The notes beneath the pieces were generated by a model, which was not told the origin of the DNA, ran no database searches, and worked only from the letters and a program-made list of their open reading frames with translations. Below are positions 41,483 to 59,921 of a DNA stretch of 64,000 nt, piece by piece; positions within the stretch are counted from its first letter, which is position 1; each line of letters opens with the position of its first letter. The position numbers were made by a program, and so were the translations under genes. This stretch comes from Eledone cirrhosa. Lineage: Eukaryota. The stretch covers positions 362,142,001-362,206,000 of the forward strand of contig OZ024740.1 of the NCBI GenBank assembly GCA_964016885.1, in the 5' to 3' direction.

Positions 41483-41582
41483 TATATATGTATGTATATA
41501 TATATATATATGTATGTATATATATATATATATGTATGTATATATATATATATATATATGTATGTATATATATATATATATG

Positions 41583-41620
<38 letters not shown>
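40580..41620. repeat. (TA)n/(TATG)n microsatellite array
   Basis: Direct inspection. Confidence 0.98.
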
Positions 41621-41623
<3 letters not shown>

Positions 41624-43786
41624 TCATCGTTTAACGTCCATATTCCATGCTACCATGGGTTTAGACAGGAAATGTCCCACTTGAGGCAAGATTGGTCGTC
41701 TTGCTCGCATAGGACTGTCTGGCAGGTTTTCTATGGCTGGATGCCCTTCCTAACACTAACCACGTTTACAGTGTGGGCTGGGAGGTTTTTACCGTGTTAC
41801 CTACACGGCCACATCACAGCGTGGACTGTGTTTTTTTGTTGTGACACCTATACGACCATATTTATTTAGGACTGGATGTTGTGGTACCAACATCACTTTA
41901 AAGAGAATGGGGTGGTGCTGATGGGGGTGGGGGAGTTGGGGGAGTGGGAGGGGTGTGTATATTTGATAAAGAGGTGCCTTCTGACTGCAGGTTTCGCTTT
42001 TTACTTAGGCAAGGTGGGTTTTCTGTATTACTGCGTGGTGCCAAAGATCTCGGTCCAGTGACATTGTCTTAGAGAGGTGTAAGTGTGTAATGTCGGAATT
42101 TATCAAATCGTCCCAGGTTTTCTTGGGTCTGCCTACTTTTGATCACTCTGGACTTTTTTATACAGCTGTTGTCTTTCATGCGCATCACGTGACCATACCA
42201 ACGTATTTTTCTCTCGACTAAACAGAATCTGATCCCTCTTATACTTAATTTCTCACTTAGTTCATTTATGCTTTGTATATTACTATTACACATCCAGCGG
42301 GGCATGCATGCTTCGTTTCTCTGCAGTCTGTGCAGATCTTCTGCACACAATGCCCATGTCTCACTGCTATGTAACATAGCTGTTCGTATGCAGGCATCAT
42401 ACAGTCTGCCTTTCATTTTTAGAGAGAAACCTTTAGCGGCCAATAGTGGTATAAGCTCTTGGAACTTTTTCCATCCCGTTCTGACTCTGGCTACTGTACT
42501 TTCTGAACACCCACCATTGCTGATTTTGTCACCCGGGTAACAGAAAGTGTCCACTATTTCTATAGAGCCATCTGGGCAATAGAAGGAGCTAGTATCCTGT
42601 GGGCTCTTGCTACTTATTTCACCTGAGCACCGGCCACATATAAAATCTACGTTCTTAGATAGCTTACCTGTGATCCCACTACATCTTTTATGCACCCATA
42701 CTTTGCATTTGGGACATAAAATGGAATTTCTGCTTACTCCTTTCCTACACACTGAACATGGCCATTTCCAAGAGGGGACCTGTGCACTATTTTCCTTCCT
42801 ACATACTAGAACTTTAGTCTTAGACAAGTTAACTTTAAGGCCTTTTGATTCTAGGCCATGCTTCCATGTTTGGAATTTCTTCTCTAGTTCAGCCATCGAT
42901 TCAGCTATGATCGTCTGCATAGAGAAGTTGCCATGGGCAGCCAGTCTTGAACTCCTCTGTTATGGCCTGAAGGGCAATAATAAATAGGAGGGGGCTAAAG
43001 ACAGAGCTCTGATGGACACCAACTTTTACGCTAAATTCTTCACTATATTCGTTGTTAATTCTAACCTTGCTGACTGTTTCTCTATACATGGCTTGTATAG
43101 CTCTCACAACCCATTCATCAACCCCTTGTTTTCTACGGGCCCACCAGATAATGGCATGGGGGACTCTGTCAAAGGCTTTCTCCAAGTCAACAAAACCTAA
43201 GCAGAGGGGTTTACTTTTAGCTAGGTACTTCACCTGTAGTTGTTGTACAAGGAAAAGGGTGTCTGTGGTACTTTTACCTGACACAAACCCAAACTGCATT
43301 TCATCTAGATAAATTTGTTCTCTGATTAGTTGTGCTATAACTTTTTCTGTGACCTTCATGACCTGGTCAGTTAATTTAAGGCCTCTATAGTTTCCTCTAT
43401 CTAGTGTATCTCCATTACCCTTATAGCAATTAATGATGATGCTGCTACGCCAGCCATTTGGTATGACCCCATTCTGTATGACTTGATTTACTATCCGTGT
43501 GACCATAGTGTGTCCCACTGTTCCAGATGCTTTCAGCATTTCAGCAACTATCTCCAAAGGTCCAGCTGCCTTGCCTGTCTTCATATCTTTGATTATCTTA
43601 CTTATTATACTACCTTCAACTTGCACTGCTGGTCCCTCTATTGGATCGATGTGGGGCAGACTATCTTTGTCCCATTTATTCTCCTCATTTAGTAGCCTCT
43701 CGTAGTGACACTTCCAAGCTACCTTCATATCAGCATCAGTGATGGCAAGTACACCATCATCATTACGGACACACATCTCCCCGGCA
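41621..43786 (-). mobile_element. 5'-truncated RTE-clade LINE (RT + PHD-like Cys/His finger)
   Basis: ORFs 42901..43776 and 42069..42920 (NYRGLKL, DLEKAFD, YADD, CSVC..CPKC..HKRC..CGRC); (gat)n tail. Confidence 0.95.
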
Positions 43787-43801
43787 ATATATATATATAT
43801 A

Positions 43802-44225
43802 TAGGTTTCCTATCAAGTATGTACTAACTTTGATAGGTTAGACATATCCCAGGCCATGTCTAACTTAATAGCACCACCTGGCGAAGTCTTACAAATCAGG
43901 TTTTGGGCACCATGGCCCACTCGAGCAGAGAGTTATTGTTTACGGAGGCATATCCGGGTGTAGGAGGCTTATCCGGGATTTCTTGAAGGAATTTGTTCAA
44001 AGACTTCTTGAACTTGATGGGGTCTGTTTCTGTTTTGATTTGTTTTGGTGTAATGTTAAAGAGAGTAGGGCAAATTGAGGTGAAATAATTGTGCCGTATT
44101 GTTGTTATGAGATGTGAGTGAGATTTTTGTTGTGGGCGGATAGCATGGAACCCAAGCCTTGGGTGTACATTAAAGGTGATGCCAACAACATTTGGGCAAG
44201 GCTGATGGAATATTTTCCACATCAT
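43802..44225 (-). mobile_element. CR1/L2-group LINE 3' fragment
   Basis: WKI..PN..LFN..FKKSLNKFLQEIPDKP..PGY..NSL C-terminal pattern. Confidence 0.75.
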
Positions 44226-44307
44226 GCAGTGTGTGTGTGTGTGTATTTATATATCTATAAATATATATATATATATGTGTGTGTATATATATATATATAT
44301 ATGTGTG

Positions 44308-44339
<32 letters not shown>

Positions 44340-44401
44340 AGTGTATATACATATATGTATATATATATATGTGTGTGTGTGTGTATGTATCTATATATAT
44401 A

Positions 44402-44432
<31 letters not shown>

Positions 44433-44849
44433 GTACATCATCAGCATCATTGCTTAACGTGACCAGTTGACCATGGCATAGTCTGCTCATATCCTCAGCT
44501 CGTAATGGACATGTTTATAATGAACAGAAAGGACAAGCATATGAACACGCATGCGCAAAAACTGTCACTTCACACAGGCAATACTAAAAAGCGTGCGAGA
44601 GGTGTATGGGAGATAACTGCGAAAGTTCGAAAAGTTTCTAGTTGATAAAAAAATTAGGATGTTGTGATTCAATCCGGAGCTTTGTAGTTATGTAAGAGGT
44701 GTTTCGAGATGTGTGGACAACGGGTGAAGAATTCATTTCTCGTGTTTAGGCAATCACTATTGCATACTCTCTTTAGAACATTCTACCTAACTCGTCCCAT
44801 GGACTGAATGCCCGACCACTATGGATATGACATTCCAGTGTTCTACCAC

Positions 44850-46810
<1,961 letters not shown>

Positions 46811-47032
46811 AAATGTATAGGAAGGTGTTATAGCTGTAGAATATCTGCCAGACAGTCCCATACGAGCGAGACAACCAGTCTTGCCACAAGTGGGACAATT
46901 CCCGTCTAAACCCATGCTAGTGTGGAAGATAGACGTTAAACGATGATGATGATGATATATATGCATATATATGAATATATATATGTATATATATATATGT
47001 ACATATATATATATGCTTATAATATATCCATG

Positions 47033-47103
47033 TATTTTATTATGCGCTTTTCCAAAACAAATATCATCATGCAATAACATTTGTGTTTTCATCAGATAAA
47101 ATA
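47033..47103 (-). ncRNA. type I hammerhead motif family H1, degenerate
   Basis: TATTTTAT-CTGATGA-long stem II-GAAA-AGCGC-ATA-ATAAAATA (8-bp stem I). Confidence 0.6.
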
Positions 47104-47720
47104 GGAAGACATGATATGAAGGTTAAAGAACACTTGTGAATAGTGCAGTTTTAAATCAACATATGAAAAGTAGTTTTAGATTGATGTGTGATATTGGGAA
47201 AAAAAATGTTGAGGGGGGGGGGGGGGGGGGGTGGAAAGGATCAAAAGAGGAGGAGATGAGAGTAAAAAGTGGAGGGGAGGAGTATAATGAGAAGGATGAG
47301 ATAGGAGGAGAGATGGGTGATAGAGAGCGAGAGATAGCTTTTATAACTGAGAAAATATATTGTTTTACATAGAGAGGTTGAAAAACCGTTGGAAGATAAT
47401 ATATAAATTATAAGAATTTGAAAATTAACAAAGAGAAAAATAATGTTAAGTTAAGGTTTGTATATTGAAGGGTTTAATAATATGTGCGATGAAAAGAAAT
47501 TGTTAATATATATTAAGAATAATATTTAAGGGTTTAATAATATGTGCGATGGAAAGAAAATGTTGATATGTATTATTAAAAAAATATATAGCAATAGTAA
47601 TGTAAGTAAGGATATATTGTGAAAGAAGTAGAAGATGCATTGCTTTATTGTACTACAATAAAACTCACCTCCTACATATATATGCTTATATATATATATG
47701 TGTGTATATATATATGTATG

Positions 47721-47759
<39 letters not shown>

Positions 47760-47845
47760 GTATGCATATATATATTATGTATATATATATATATGTATGT
47801 ATATATATATTATGTATATATATATATATGTATGTATATATATGT

Positions 47846-47879
<34 letters not shown>

Positions 47880-48182
47880 ATATATATATACATATATATA
47901 TATGTACATAATATATATATATATGTACATAATATATATATATGTACATAATATATATATATATACATACATATATATATACATATATATATATATTCAT
48001 ACATATATATATATATTCATATATATAATAATAATAATAATGAAATTATTGTGTACAGTGCTCAGGTGCACTCAGGTGCATATATGCATATATATAGATA
48101 CATATATATATAAGCATATATATATATATATATATATACTTATATATATATGTATATAAATATATGTATATATATATGGATA

Positions 48183-48237
<55 letters not shown>

Positions 48238-48886
48238 GCATATATATATGAATATATATATATTTTGTCTATATATGTACATATATATGTACATATATAT
48301 ATATATCATCATCATCCTCGTTTAACGTCCATCTTCCATGCTATCATGAGTTAGACGGGCATTGTCCCACTTGAGGCAAGGCTGGTCGGGTGACCGTGTC
48401 TCGCTCATATAGGACTATCTGGCAGGTTTTCTACGGCTGGATGCCCTTCCTAACACCAACCACATTTACAGTGTGGAACTGGGAACTTTTTACCGTGTTA
48501 CCTACACGGCCACATTACAGTGTGGACTGTGTGTTTTTTTATCATGACACCTACACGATCTCGATCTCATATATATATATGTATGTATATATAAATACAT
48601 ATATATGTATATATATATGTGTATATATATGTACATATATATGCATGTATATATATATGTGTATATATATGCATATATATATATGTGTATATATACGTGC
48701 CTATATATTTATGAATATATATATATATATGCATATATCTATGTATATATATGTGTGCATATATATATGTGCATATATATATATGAATATATATATGTGT
48801 CCATATATATATATGAATATATATATGTGTGCATATATATATGTATATATATATATATATATATATGAATATATATATATATATAT

Positions 48887-49212
48887 GTGAAGGTGCATGG
48901 CTTAGTGGTTAGACCATTGGACTTGCAATCAAAAGGTTGTGAGTTCAATTCTAGGACCGGGTGATGTGTTGTTTCCTTGACACTTTATTTCACATTGCTC
49001 CAATTTACTCAGCTGTAGAAATGAGATGATAGGACTGGGGTCCCTATCATTCCACTGCAATGTGGTCGTTGAGGTGCCATGGAAAAAAGCACCGAGCCCA
49101 CACGGTAAAGTGGAGGTGTAGGCGCCATGGAAAAAAAGCACCCAGCACTTACTGTAAATGAAGTTGGTGTTAGTAACTGCATCCAGCTGTAGAAATCAAG
49201 CCAGAATCAGTT
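48887..49212 (+). mobile_element. tRNA-derived SINE family B with RTE-like 3' region
   Basis: A-box tggcttagtgg, B-box gagttcaattc; tail similar to the RTE 3' UTR. Confidence 0.75.
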
Positions 49213-49232
49213 CCCGTATATATATATATGTA

Positions 49233-49289
<57 letters not shown>

Positions 49290-49626
49290 TATATATGAAT
49301 GTATATATATACATATATATATATATGGTATGTATGTGTGTTTGTATATGTATATATATATACATATATATATATATGGTATGTATGTGTGTTTGTATAT
49401 GTATATATATATACATATATATATATCATGTATACATATTATTACCAGTACTGCAATGAAGCTATAACTGGAACACACATCATGTTGTAGAACTTGGAAT
49501 AATATTATCTTTAAACTGTCCCCATGTGCATGGGTGCTCCATGCCATGGATATGCCTACCAATTTATTACTATAATATATATATATATAAAAGAAGAAAT
49601 TAAAGGAGGGTTAAAAAAGTTCCATA

Positions 49627-49696
49627 TATTTTATTAAGCACATTTCAAAAACAACATCATCCTGGGACAAAAATTGTGTTCTCATCAGATAAAATA
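49627..49696 (-). ncRNA. type I hammerhead motif family H1, degenerate
   Basis: TATTTTAT-CTGATGA-GAACACAAT..TGTTTTT-GAAA-TGTGC-TTA-ATAAAATA; flanked by a ~29-bp inverted repeat (49590/49795). Confidence 0.6.
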
Positions 49697-49882
49697 AGGT
49701 AACATGATATGAGGCCTAAAACCACTTGTCAACAGGAAAGTGTCAAGTCTACATATCAAAAATATTTTTTTTAACCATCTTTTAATTTCTTCTTTAATAT
49801 ATACTCCAGTTCTACCCACTGTTGAGTGCTACTTATCTGATATATGCATAGTTTTATTGTTCTACAATATTACTCACCTTCT

Positions 49883-49925
<43 letters not shown>

Positions 49926-50374
49926 TATTGTACTTGCTTGATAATATAAGAATAGTTTAGTTATTCACATACCAAATGAAAATCCTTAATTTTCTTATTA
50001 TATTATAATTAAGGTCAATCTTTATGATTTTGTATATGTCAAGTTTCCCTGAATGAGGTCTTTATGAACCTAACAAGATTTAATATAAAAACTATATAGG
50101 ACTGAAGCAGAGTTTGATATATTCAGATGTTCTCATAAACAGTATAAAATTTATGTTTTTAATTATAAATAAGGAGTTGATAGTGAATTTCATAATATAT
50201 ATCAAATTAGTTTTTTTATGAAAAGAATTTCTATTGAAATCATATATGTGAAAGGGTGAATAAAATTTAGTTGGTATTTGGGACATTTTGCATTTGATTT
50301 TAAGGAGTCAACAACAATGAATAGGCCAGAACATTGATACTGGCATGCTATTGTTCGTTTTTCACTTTTTCCAG

Positions 50375-50413
50375 GTTTTCGAGGAGGAAGTCCAAAATAC
50401 TGACCAAGGGAAG
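50375..50413 (+). CDS. candidate alternative twitchin micro-exon or terminal exon (VFEEEVQNTDQGK)
   Basis: Strong acceptor ttgttcgtttttcactttttccag; 39 nt open in phase 0; followed by AAG/gtatag; lies in non-repetitive sequence. No transcript evidence. Confidence 0.4.
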
Positions 50414-52207
50414 GTATAGACTTCATGCCAAGTTTTTACCCTTACTGCCTCTTCTGATCATTTCCCTTAAAAATTGTGTTCAGAAGTTTTACAAACCATT
50501 GGTTTTTGATATACTGTTTTTGCTGATCTTAATTGTATATCTTAAAAAAATTCTATACTTGAAAATGTCTACACACTAAACCCTGATCTAATTTTCTCAA
50601 GGAGCATCTTTCTCAGTGTTTTATGTATATCCCCTAATGCTAATGAGCTGTTAGAGAAACACAGGATATACGTAATAATCTACTGAACTATTTCAATTTT
50701 ACTTAATATTCATTGATTCTTTTTGCAGTTGTGCAGTATTGAATCAAAATGTGACGAAAAATTAATTGTACTAACAGCATTAATTCTTTTCTAATTTAGA
50801 TTAAATTTCTTGTGAAATGATACAGGGCAGGAAAGTAAAATGAATACATGAAACCATATATATCTATTATGCAATGTCATACTTTGAATACTTTAAGTAA
50901 CTAAGAATAATTACATAGGTACTAAACAAACAGCTTAATTTTTCACATTTTATATCAATGAAAATCTAAAAACCAACAACACTAATTGTGAGTCAGATTA
51001 TATAAATGTTTCTATCAAAAATAATTATAAAATAATACATTTTATGCTTTATTAGCTCTCTATATAGTTTCTCTTAAGTTATATAAATATTTAATCTTTA
51101 CCAAATACAATAAAACAGCTATTAGTTTTTAGATAATTTATATGTATATATTTGTATAATAGTAAATATCTATATGACATTATTACATTGATTTGGATAA
51201 ATATCAGTGTCTTGCCCCACAGTTTGCTCTCCCATTGATCTACCAAACACTGCAACAGAAAAACTGGCAAACTCGGTTGTGTATGTCATGTTCATTGGAA
51301 GGTTTTTAATGGTCGAATGTCCTTCCCATCATCAGTCACTTTATTGTGCCTCTGGCATTAAAAAGATTGTCTGTGGTAGGACATGAGAATACTCACCACA
51401 CTTTCTCTACTTCCTTCCTACCACTTGCCACTTTACAGTTGTGGAATAGGAGCATTTGGGAGTAAAGTATCTTCTCTATCCATTTATCATTTGTTTCTTC
51501 CTATTTTGGCATAATGTTAACAGCTGGATATACGTTTCCTATCAACATCCAATTTACAGTAAAACACAACATGCATTTTATCATGCCACCAGTACTAGAC
51601 AGTTTTTCACCTGAGGTAAAAGTTCCCAATACTTTGTATATAATTCATTCAGAGTTACTGCTTGAGAGTATGTTTGGAGTATTCAACCTCATAGCAAACT
51701 GAAAGATCATATATCTCTATGATGTAGTCAGAGGCATAGCTATCATGGGGGTTAACACAGCATACACTAAGACTGTTGCACATTATGTTGGTAAGCAGGA
51801 GGAGATATATATAGGTACTGTGAAAATGAGATTATATAGATAAATGTGGTAGAATATATTCATCATATAAGCATTCATATTAAATACATTGTATTTACAT
51901 ACTTTCATATTAACAGTTTCAATCTTGACACACACAAAAAAAAATATATATATATATTGCAACTACAATACCAAGTTGCTTTTTATATTGTTTTCATGTA
52001 AGACTACTGCGCTTCATTTATCATAATAACATGTAGTATTCTTTAAACAATATTATCATTTAAAACTAATATGTCTATAATTATATATGTGTGTGTTTGT
52101 GTATTAGTTCTATATATAAATATTTATACATATTTACGCACACATATGCATATAAATGTGTATGTGTGTGTGCTAAATGTATGTTTACACAGATGTATGT
52201 GTATGTA

Positions 52208-52285
<78 letters not shown>

Positions 52286-52304
52286 AGAGAGAGATAGAGA
52301 GAGA

Positions 52305-52343
<39 letters not shown>

Positions 52344-52629
52344 CTGTGTGTGTACACATACAAATTTAGCAAATTTAAATGTGTGTGTCTGTGTTGATCT
52401 ATGTATCTATGTGTGTTAGTGCAATGTGTATATATACATATATATAGAGAGATAGATATATGTAATTCTCATAATCATCATTGGTTCTATGTCCTATTTT
52501 CCATGCTGACATGGGTTGGGCAACATATTTTGGTCAAAAATGAGATTGGTCACTCTCAGTATGGCACTACATAACTCACCAACCAAGAGAGTATAAATTG
52601 ATTGGCTTTAAGTAAATTAGTGGTCTATA

Positions 52630-52679
<50 letters not shown>

Positions 52680-52682
<3 letters not shown>

Positions 52683-53139
52683 CTCACCAAGACAATGTCA
52701 CTGGACCGAGACCTTTGGCGGTACTCAGTAATAGAGAAGACCCGCCTTACCTAAATACAAAGTAAAACCTACTACAGTCAGTAGGCATCTCTAACAAAAT
52801 ACACCCCCGTCCCACCACCTCCACCCCATCCACACAGCCCCCTTCTATGTAAAGTTATGTTGGTGCCACACCATCCAGGCCAAAACAAATGAGATCGTGT
52901 AGGTGTCACGACAAAAAAACACACAGTCCACCCTGTAATGTGGCCGTGTAGGCAACACGGTAAAAACCTCCCAGACCCACACTGTAAATGTGGTTGGTGT
53001 TAGGAAGGGCATCCAACTGTAGAAAACCTGCCAGACAGTCCTATGCGAGCAAGACAATCACTCTTGACACGAGTGGGAAAACCCCCGTCCAAACCCATGC
53101 AAGCGTGGAACACGGACGTTAAACGTTGATGATGATGAT
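52680..53139 (+). mobile_element. RTE LINE 3' fragment, near-duplicate of 54700-55160
   Basis: Direct comparison. Confidence 0.92.
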
Positions 53140-53179
53140 ATATATATATAGTAATAATAATTGTTTCTACTTTTGGCAC

Positions 53180-53378
53180 ATAATAAATTTGAAGACTAAA
53201 ATCCAAAGAGGGCTCGATAAGGATAAATATATATCAAATATATATGAACCGTAGAGCAAATATTTATTAAAATAACAGATTAAAGTTTAAGCAAAGTATC
53301 GCTGCTTTCAGAAGATCCCGTTAAGGGTGAAAGCAGCGATTCTTTGCTTAAACTTTAATCTGTTATTTTAATAAATAT
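53180..53378 (-). mobile_element. hairpin-capped short element family P1
   Basis: Inverted copy of 39741-39922; apex cagaaga-tccc-gttaa-gggt-gaaa. Confidence 0.75.
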
Positions 53379-53393
53379 ATATATATATATATA

Positions 53394-55175
53394 AAAAGTA
53401 ATAGCGCAACTAATCAGAGAGAGAATTGACCTAGATGAAATGCAGTTCGGGTTTGTGTCAGGCAAAAGTACCACAGACGCTCTTTTCATTGTACGACAAC
53501 TACAGGAGAAGTACCTAGCTAAAGGTAAACCCCTCTACTTAGCTTTTGTCGACTTGGAGAAAGCCTTCGACAGAGTCCCCCGCTCCATTATCTGGTGGGC
53601 TCTTAGAAAACTAGGCGTTGACGAATGGCTTGTGAGGGCTATACAAGCCATGTATAAAGAAACAGTCAGCAAGGTTAGAATTAACAACGAATATAGTGAA
53701 GAGTTTAGCGTAAAAGTTGGCGTCCATCAGGGCTCTATTCTCAGCCCCCTACTATTTATTATTGCCCTTCAGGCTATAACAGAGGAGTTCAAGACCGGCT
53801 GCCCATGGGAACTCCTATACGCAGACGACCTGACACTCATAGCGGAATCAATGGCCGAGCTAGAGAAGAAATTCCAAACATGGAAGCACGGCCTAGAGTC
53901 AAAAGGACTTAAAATTAACCTGGCTAAGACTAAAGTTCTAGTTTGTAGGAAAGAAAACAAGGCGGCGGTCCCTTCTGGGAAATGGTCGTGCTCGGTGTGT
54001 AGGAAAGGAGTAGGCAGAAACTCCATTTTATGTCCCAAATGCAAAGTATGGGTGCATAAAAGATGTAGTGGGATCACAGGTAAGCTAACTAAGAACATAG
54101 ATTTTACATGTGGCCGGTGCTCTGGTGCAATAAGTAGCAGCAAGTGCCCACAAAATACTAGCTCTTTCAATTGCGCAGAGGGTTCTATAGAAATAGTGGA
54201 CAGCTTCCGTTACCTGGGCGATAAAATCAGCAGTGGGGGAGGGTGCTCTGAAAGTACAGTAGCTAGAGTCCGAACTGGTTGGAAAAAGTTCAGAGAGCTT
54301 ATACCACTATTAGCCGCTAGAGGGTTCTCCCTAAAAATGAAAGGCAGGTTGTACGATGCCTGCATACGAACAGCAATGTTGCATGGCAGTGAGACCTGGG
54401 CATTGTGTGCAGAGGATATACGCAGACTAGAGAGGAACGAAGCTTGCATGCTCCGCTGGATGTGTAACAGTAATATACGTGAACGGCAAAGCATAAACGA
54501 ACTAAGGAAAAAATTAGAGATAAGAGGGATCAGATGTTGTTTACTCGAGAGAAGGCTACGTTGGTATGGACACGTGATGCGCATGAAAGTCGATAGCTGT
54601 ATAACAAAGTGCAGGGCAATAAAGATAGACGGTAGCCACGGAATAGGCATACCTAGAAAAACCTGGGACGAGCTGATAAACTCCGACCTCACACACTTAC
54701 ACCTCTCCAAGACAATGTCACTGGACCGAGACCTTTGGCGGTACTCAGTAACAGAGAAGACCCGCCTTACCTAAATACATAGTAAAACCTACTACAGCCA
54801 GTAGGCATCTCTAACAAAATACATCCCGTCCCACCACCACCACCCCCACCCCATCCACACCACCCCGTTCTATGTAAAGTTATGTTGGTGCCGCGCCATC
54901 GAGGCCGAAACAAATGAGATCGTGTAGGTGTCACGACAAAAAAACACACAGTCCACGCTGTAATGTGGCTGTGTAGGCAACACGGTAAAAACCTCCCAGA
55001 CCCACACTGTAAATGTGGTTGGTGTTAGGAAGGGCATCCAACTGTAGAAAACCTGCCAGACAGTCCTATGCGAGCAAGACAATCACTCTTGCCTCAAGTG
55101 GGACTACCCCCGTCCAAACCCATGCAAGCGTGGAACACGGACGTTAAACGTTGATGATGATGATGATGATGATGA
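53394..55175 (+). mobile_element. young 5'-truncated RTE-clade LINE, uninterrupted 444-aa ORF
   Basis: ORF 53440..54774 with RT (DLEKAFD, GVHQGS, YADD) and Cys/His finger; 3' UTR and (gat)n tail. Confidence 0.96.
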
Positions 55176-55200
55176 TATATATATGTATATGAATGTATAT

Positions 55201-55738
55201 ATCATCATCAGCATGATCGTTTAACGTCCACCTTCCACACTAGCATGGGTTAGATGGTTTTGTTCCATTTGATGCGGGACTGGTCGGGAGACCATGTCCC
55301 GCTCGCACGGAAGCATCTCTGGTTTTTTAACAACTGGATGCCCTTCCTAACACCAACTACATTTAGAGTGTGGACTGGGAGCCTTTTCCCTGTGTCTCCT
55401 ACATGGCCACCTTACAGTGTGGAATGTTGTGTCATCGACACAGTGGAGGGGACAGGAGAGGGAGGCTGGGGTGCAGAGGTGGGGTGTACATTGAGTTAAG
55501 AGGTGCCTACTGCCTGTAGGCTTGTGTGCAATGGCAGTCAGGGCTTTCTGTACAACTGCATGGTGCCAAAGGTCTCAATCCAGTGTCATTGTCTTAGAGA
55601 GGTGTAGGTGGGCAAAGTCAGTTTTTATCACCTCATCCCAGGTTATTCTTGGTCTACCCACTCCACAGCTTCCATCAATTTTCATTGCCCTGCACTTTTT
55701 TATACAATTATCATCCTTCATATCATCATCATCATCAT
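55201..55738 (-). mobile_element. RTE LINE 3' fragment, tail-to-tail with the previous copy
   Basis: [28 protein letters not shown] plus 3' UTR. Confidence 0.9.
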
Positions 55739-55775
55739 GAATATATACATATATATATGTATATATATATATATA

Positions 55776-55806
<31 letters not shown>

Positions 55807-55820
55807 CGTATATATATATA

Positions 55821-56557
55821 TATAAGTATGTATACGTACATACATATATGTATACAGATGTACAGTAGTGTGTATATATATATATATACATACATACATG
55901 CACACACATATATATATGTACGTACGGATTTACCGAACATTTATTATAATGCTCGATGTGTTCGGTAAATCCATACGTACATATATATATGTGTGCATGT
56001 ATGTATATATATATACATACTACTGTACGTCTGTATACATATATGTATGTACGTGTACATACTTATATTTAAGTAACAGCCGTACTAAGAGTGAGAAATG
56101 AAATTTCCTTTCATTTTTTCCGTTTATCGTTTTCGGTGTACCCGGCCGATTAACTCACTCGATATGCAGATTAGGCTGCTCAGCCATTAATATGCATAAG
56201 GAAAGTATATACTTTCAGACGTTCAATCATCTGGCAAGAAGGTATACGGTGCTGATGACAGATAATAAGCTTGAAACTAGTACATCGTTCCTTTCTCAGT
56301 GTTGAACAACAGGGCAACGATGGTTGCTAAACACTGTACGGCTTAATACGGGATGTTTGTTTACAAACACACCGAGCATTATAATAAATGTTCGGTAAAT
56401 ACATACGTACATATATGTATGTGTGTGCATTAATGTATATATATACATACTACTGTACGTCTGTATACATATATGTATGTACGTATACATACTTATATTT
56501 AAGTAACAGCCATACTAAGAGTGAGAAATGAAATTTTGTTTCATTTTTTCCGTTTAT
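55821..56557 (+). mobile_element. Penelope-LTR/retrozyme-like element: 430-bp partial tandem plus inverted 5' copy
   Basis: 55959-56127 repeated at 56389-56557; 55821-55955 is an inverted copy; hammerhead inside. Confidence 0.75.
56246..56288 (+). ncRNA. minimal type I hammerhead ribozyme
   Basis: ACGGTG-CTGATGA-cagataataagctt-GAAAC-TA-GTA-CATCGT; palindromic ACTAGT stem III; weak stem II. Confidence 0.7.
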
Positions 56558-59740
<3,183 letters not shown>

Positions 59741-59921
59741 AAATCTACCAAAATATACGGCAGTGTCCAATCCGTATGAAGAACTCAATGTAATCCAAAT
59801 ATCATGAAAAGAAAAGATGCATTCAAAAATTTTTTTAGATGAAAATCACAGGAAAACAGTCAAGATAAATTAATAAAAACAATGAATAAAAAGAAAGAAA
59901 CAGTTCCTTATATTAAAAAAT

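Larger units (their letters stand above)
39358..44851. mobile_element. TA-flanked TIR DNA element split by ~5 kb of nested sequence
   Basis: ~70-bp inverted ends (tagtggtagaacactggaa.. 39358-39428; ..ttccagtgttctaccacta 44781-44851). Confidence 0.7.

Noticed and set aside
47212-47231. Poly-G tract as a functional G-quadruplex
   Set aside because: Homopolymer inside a repeat remnant; no further evidence.
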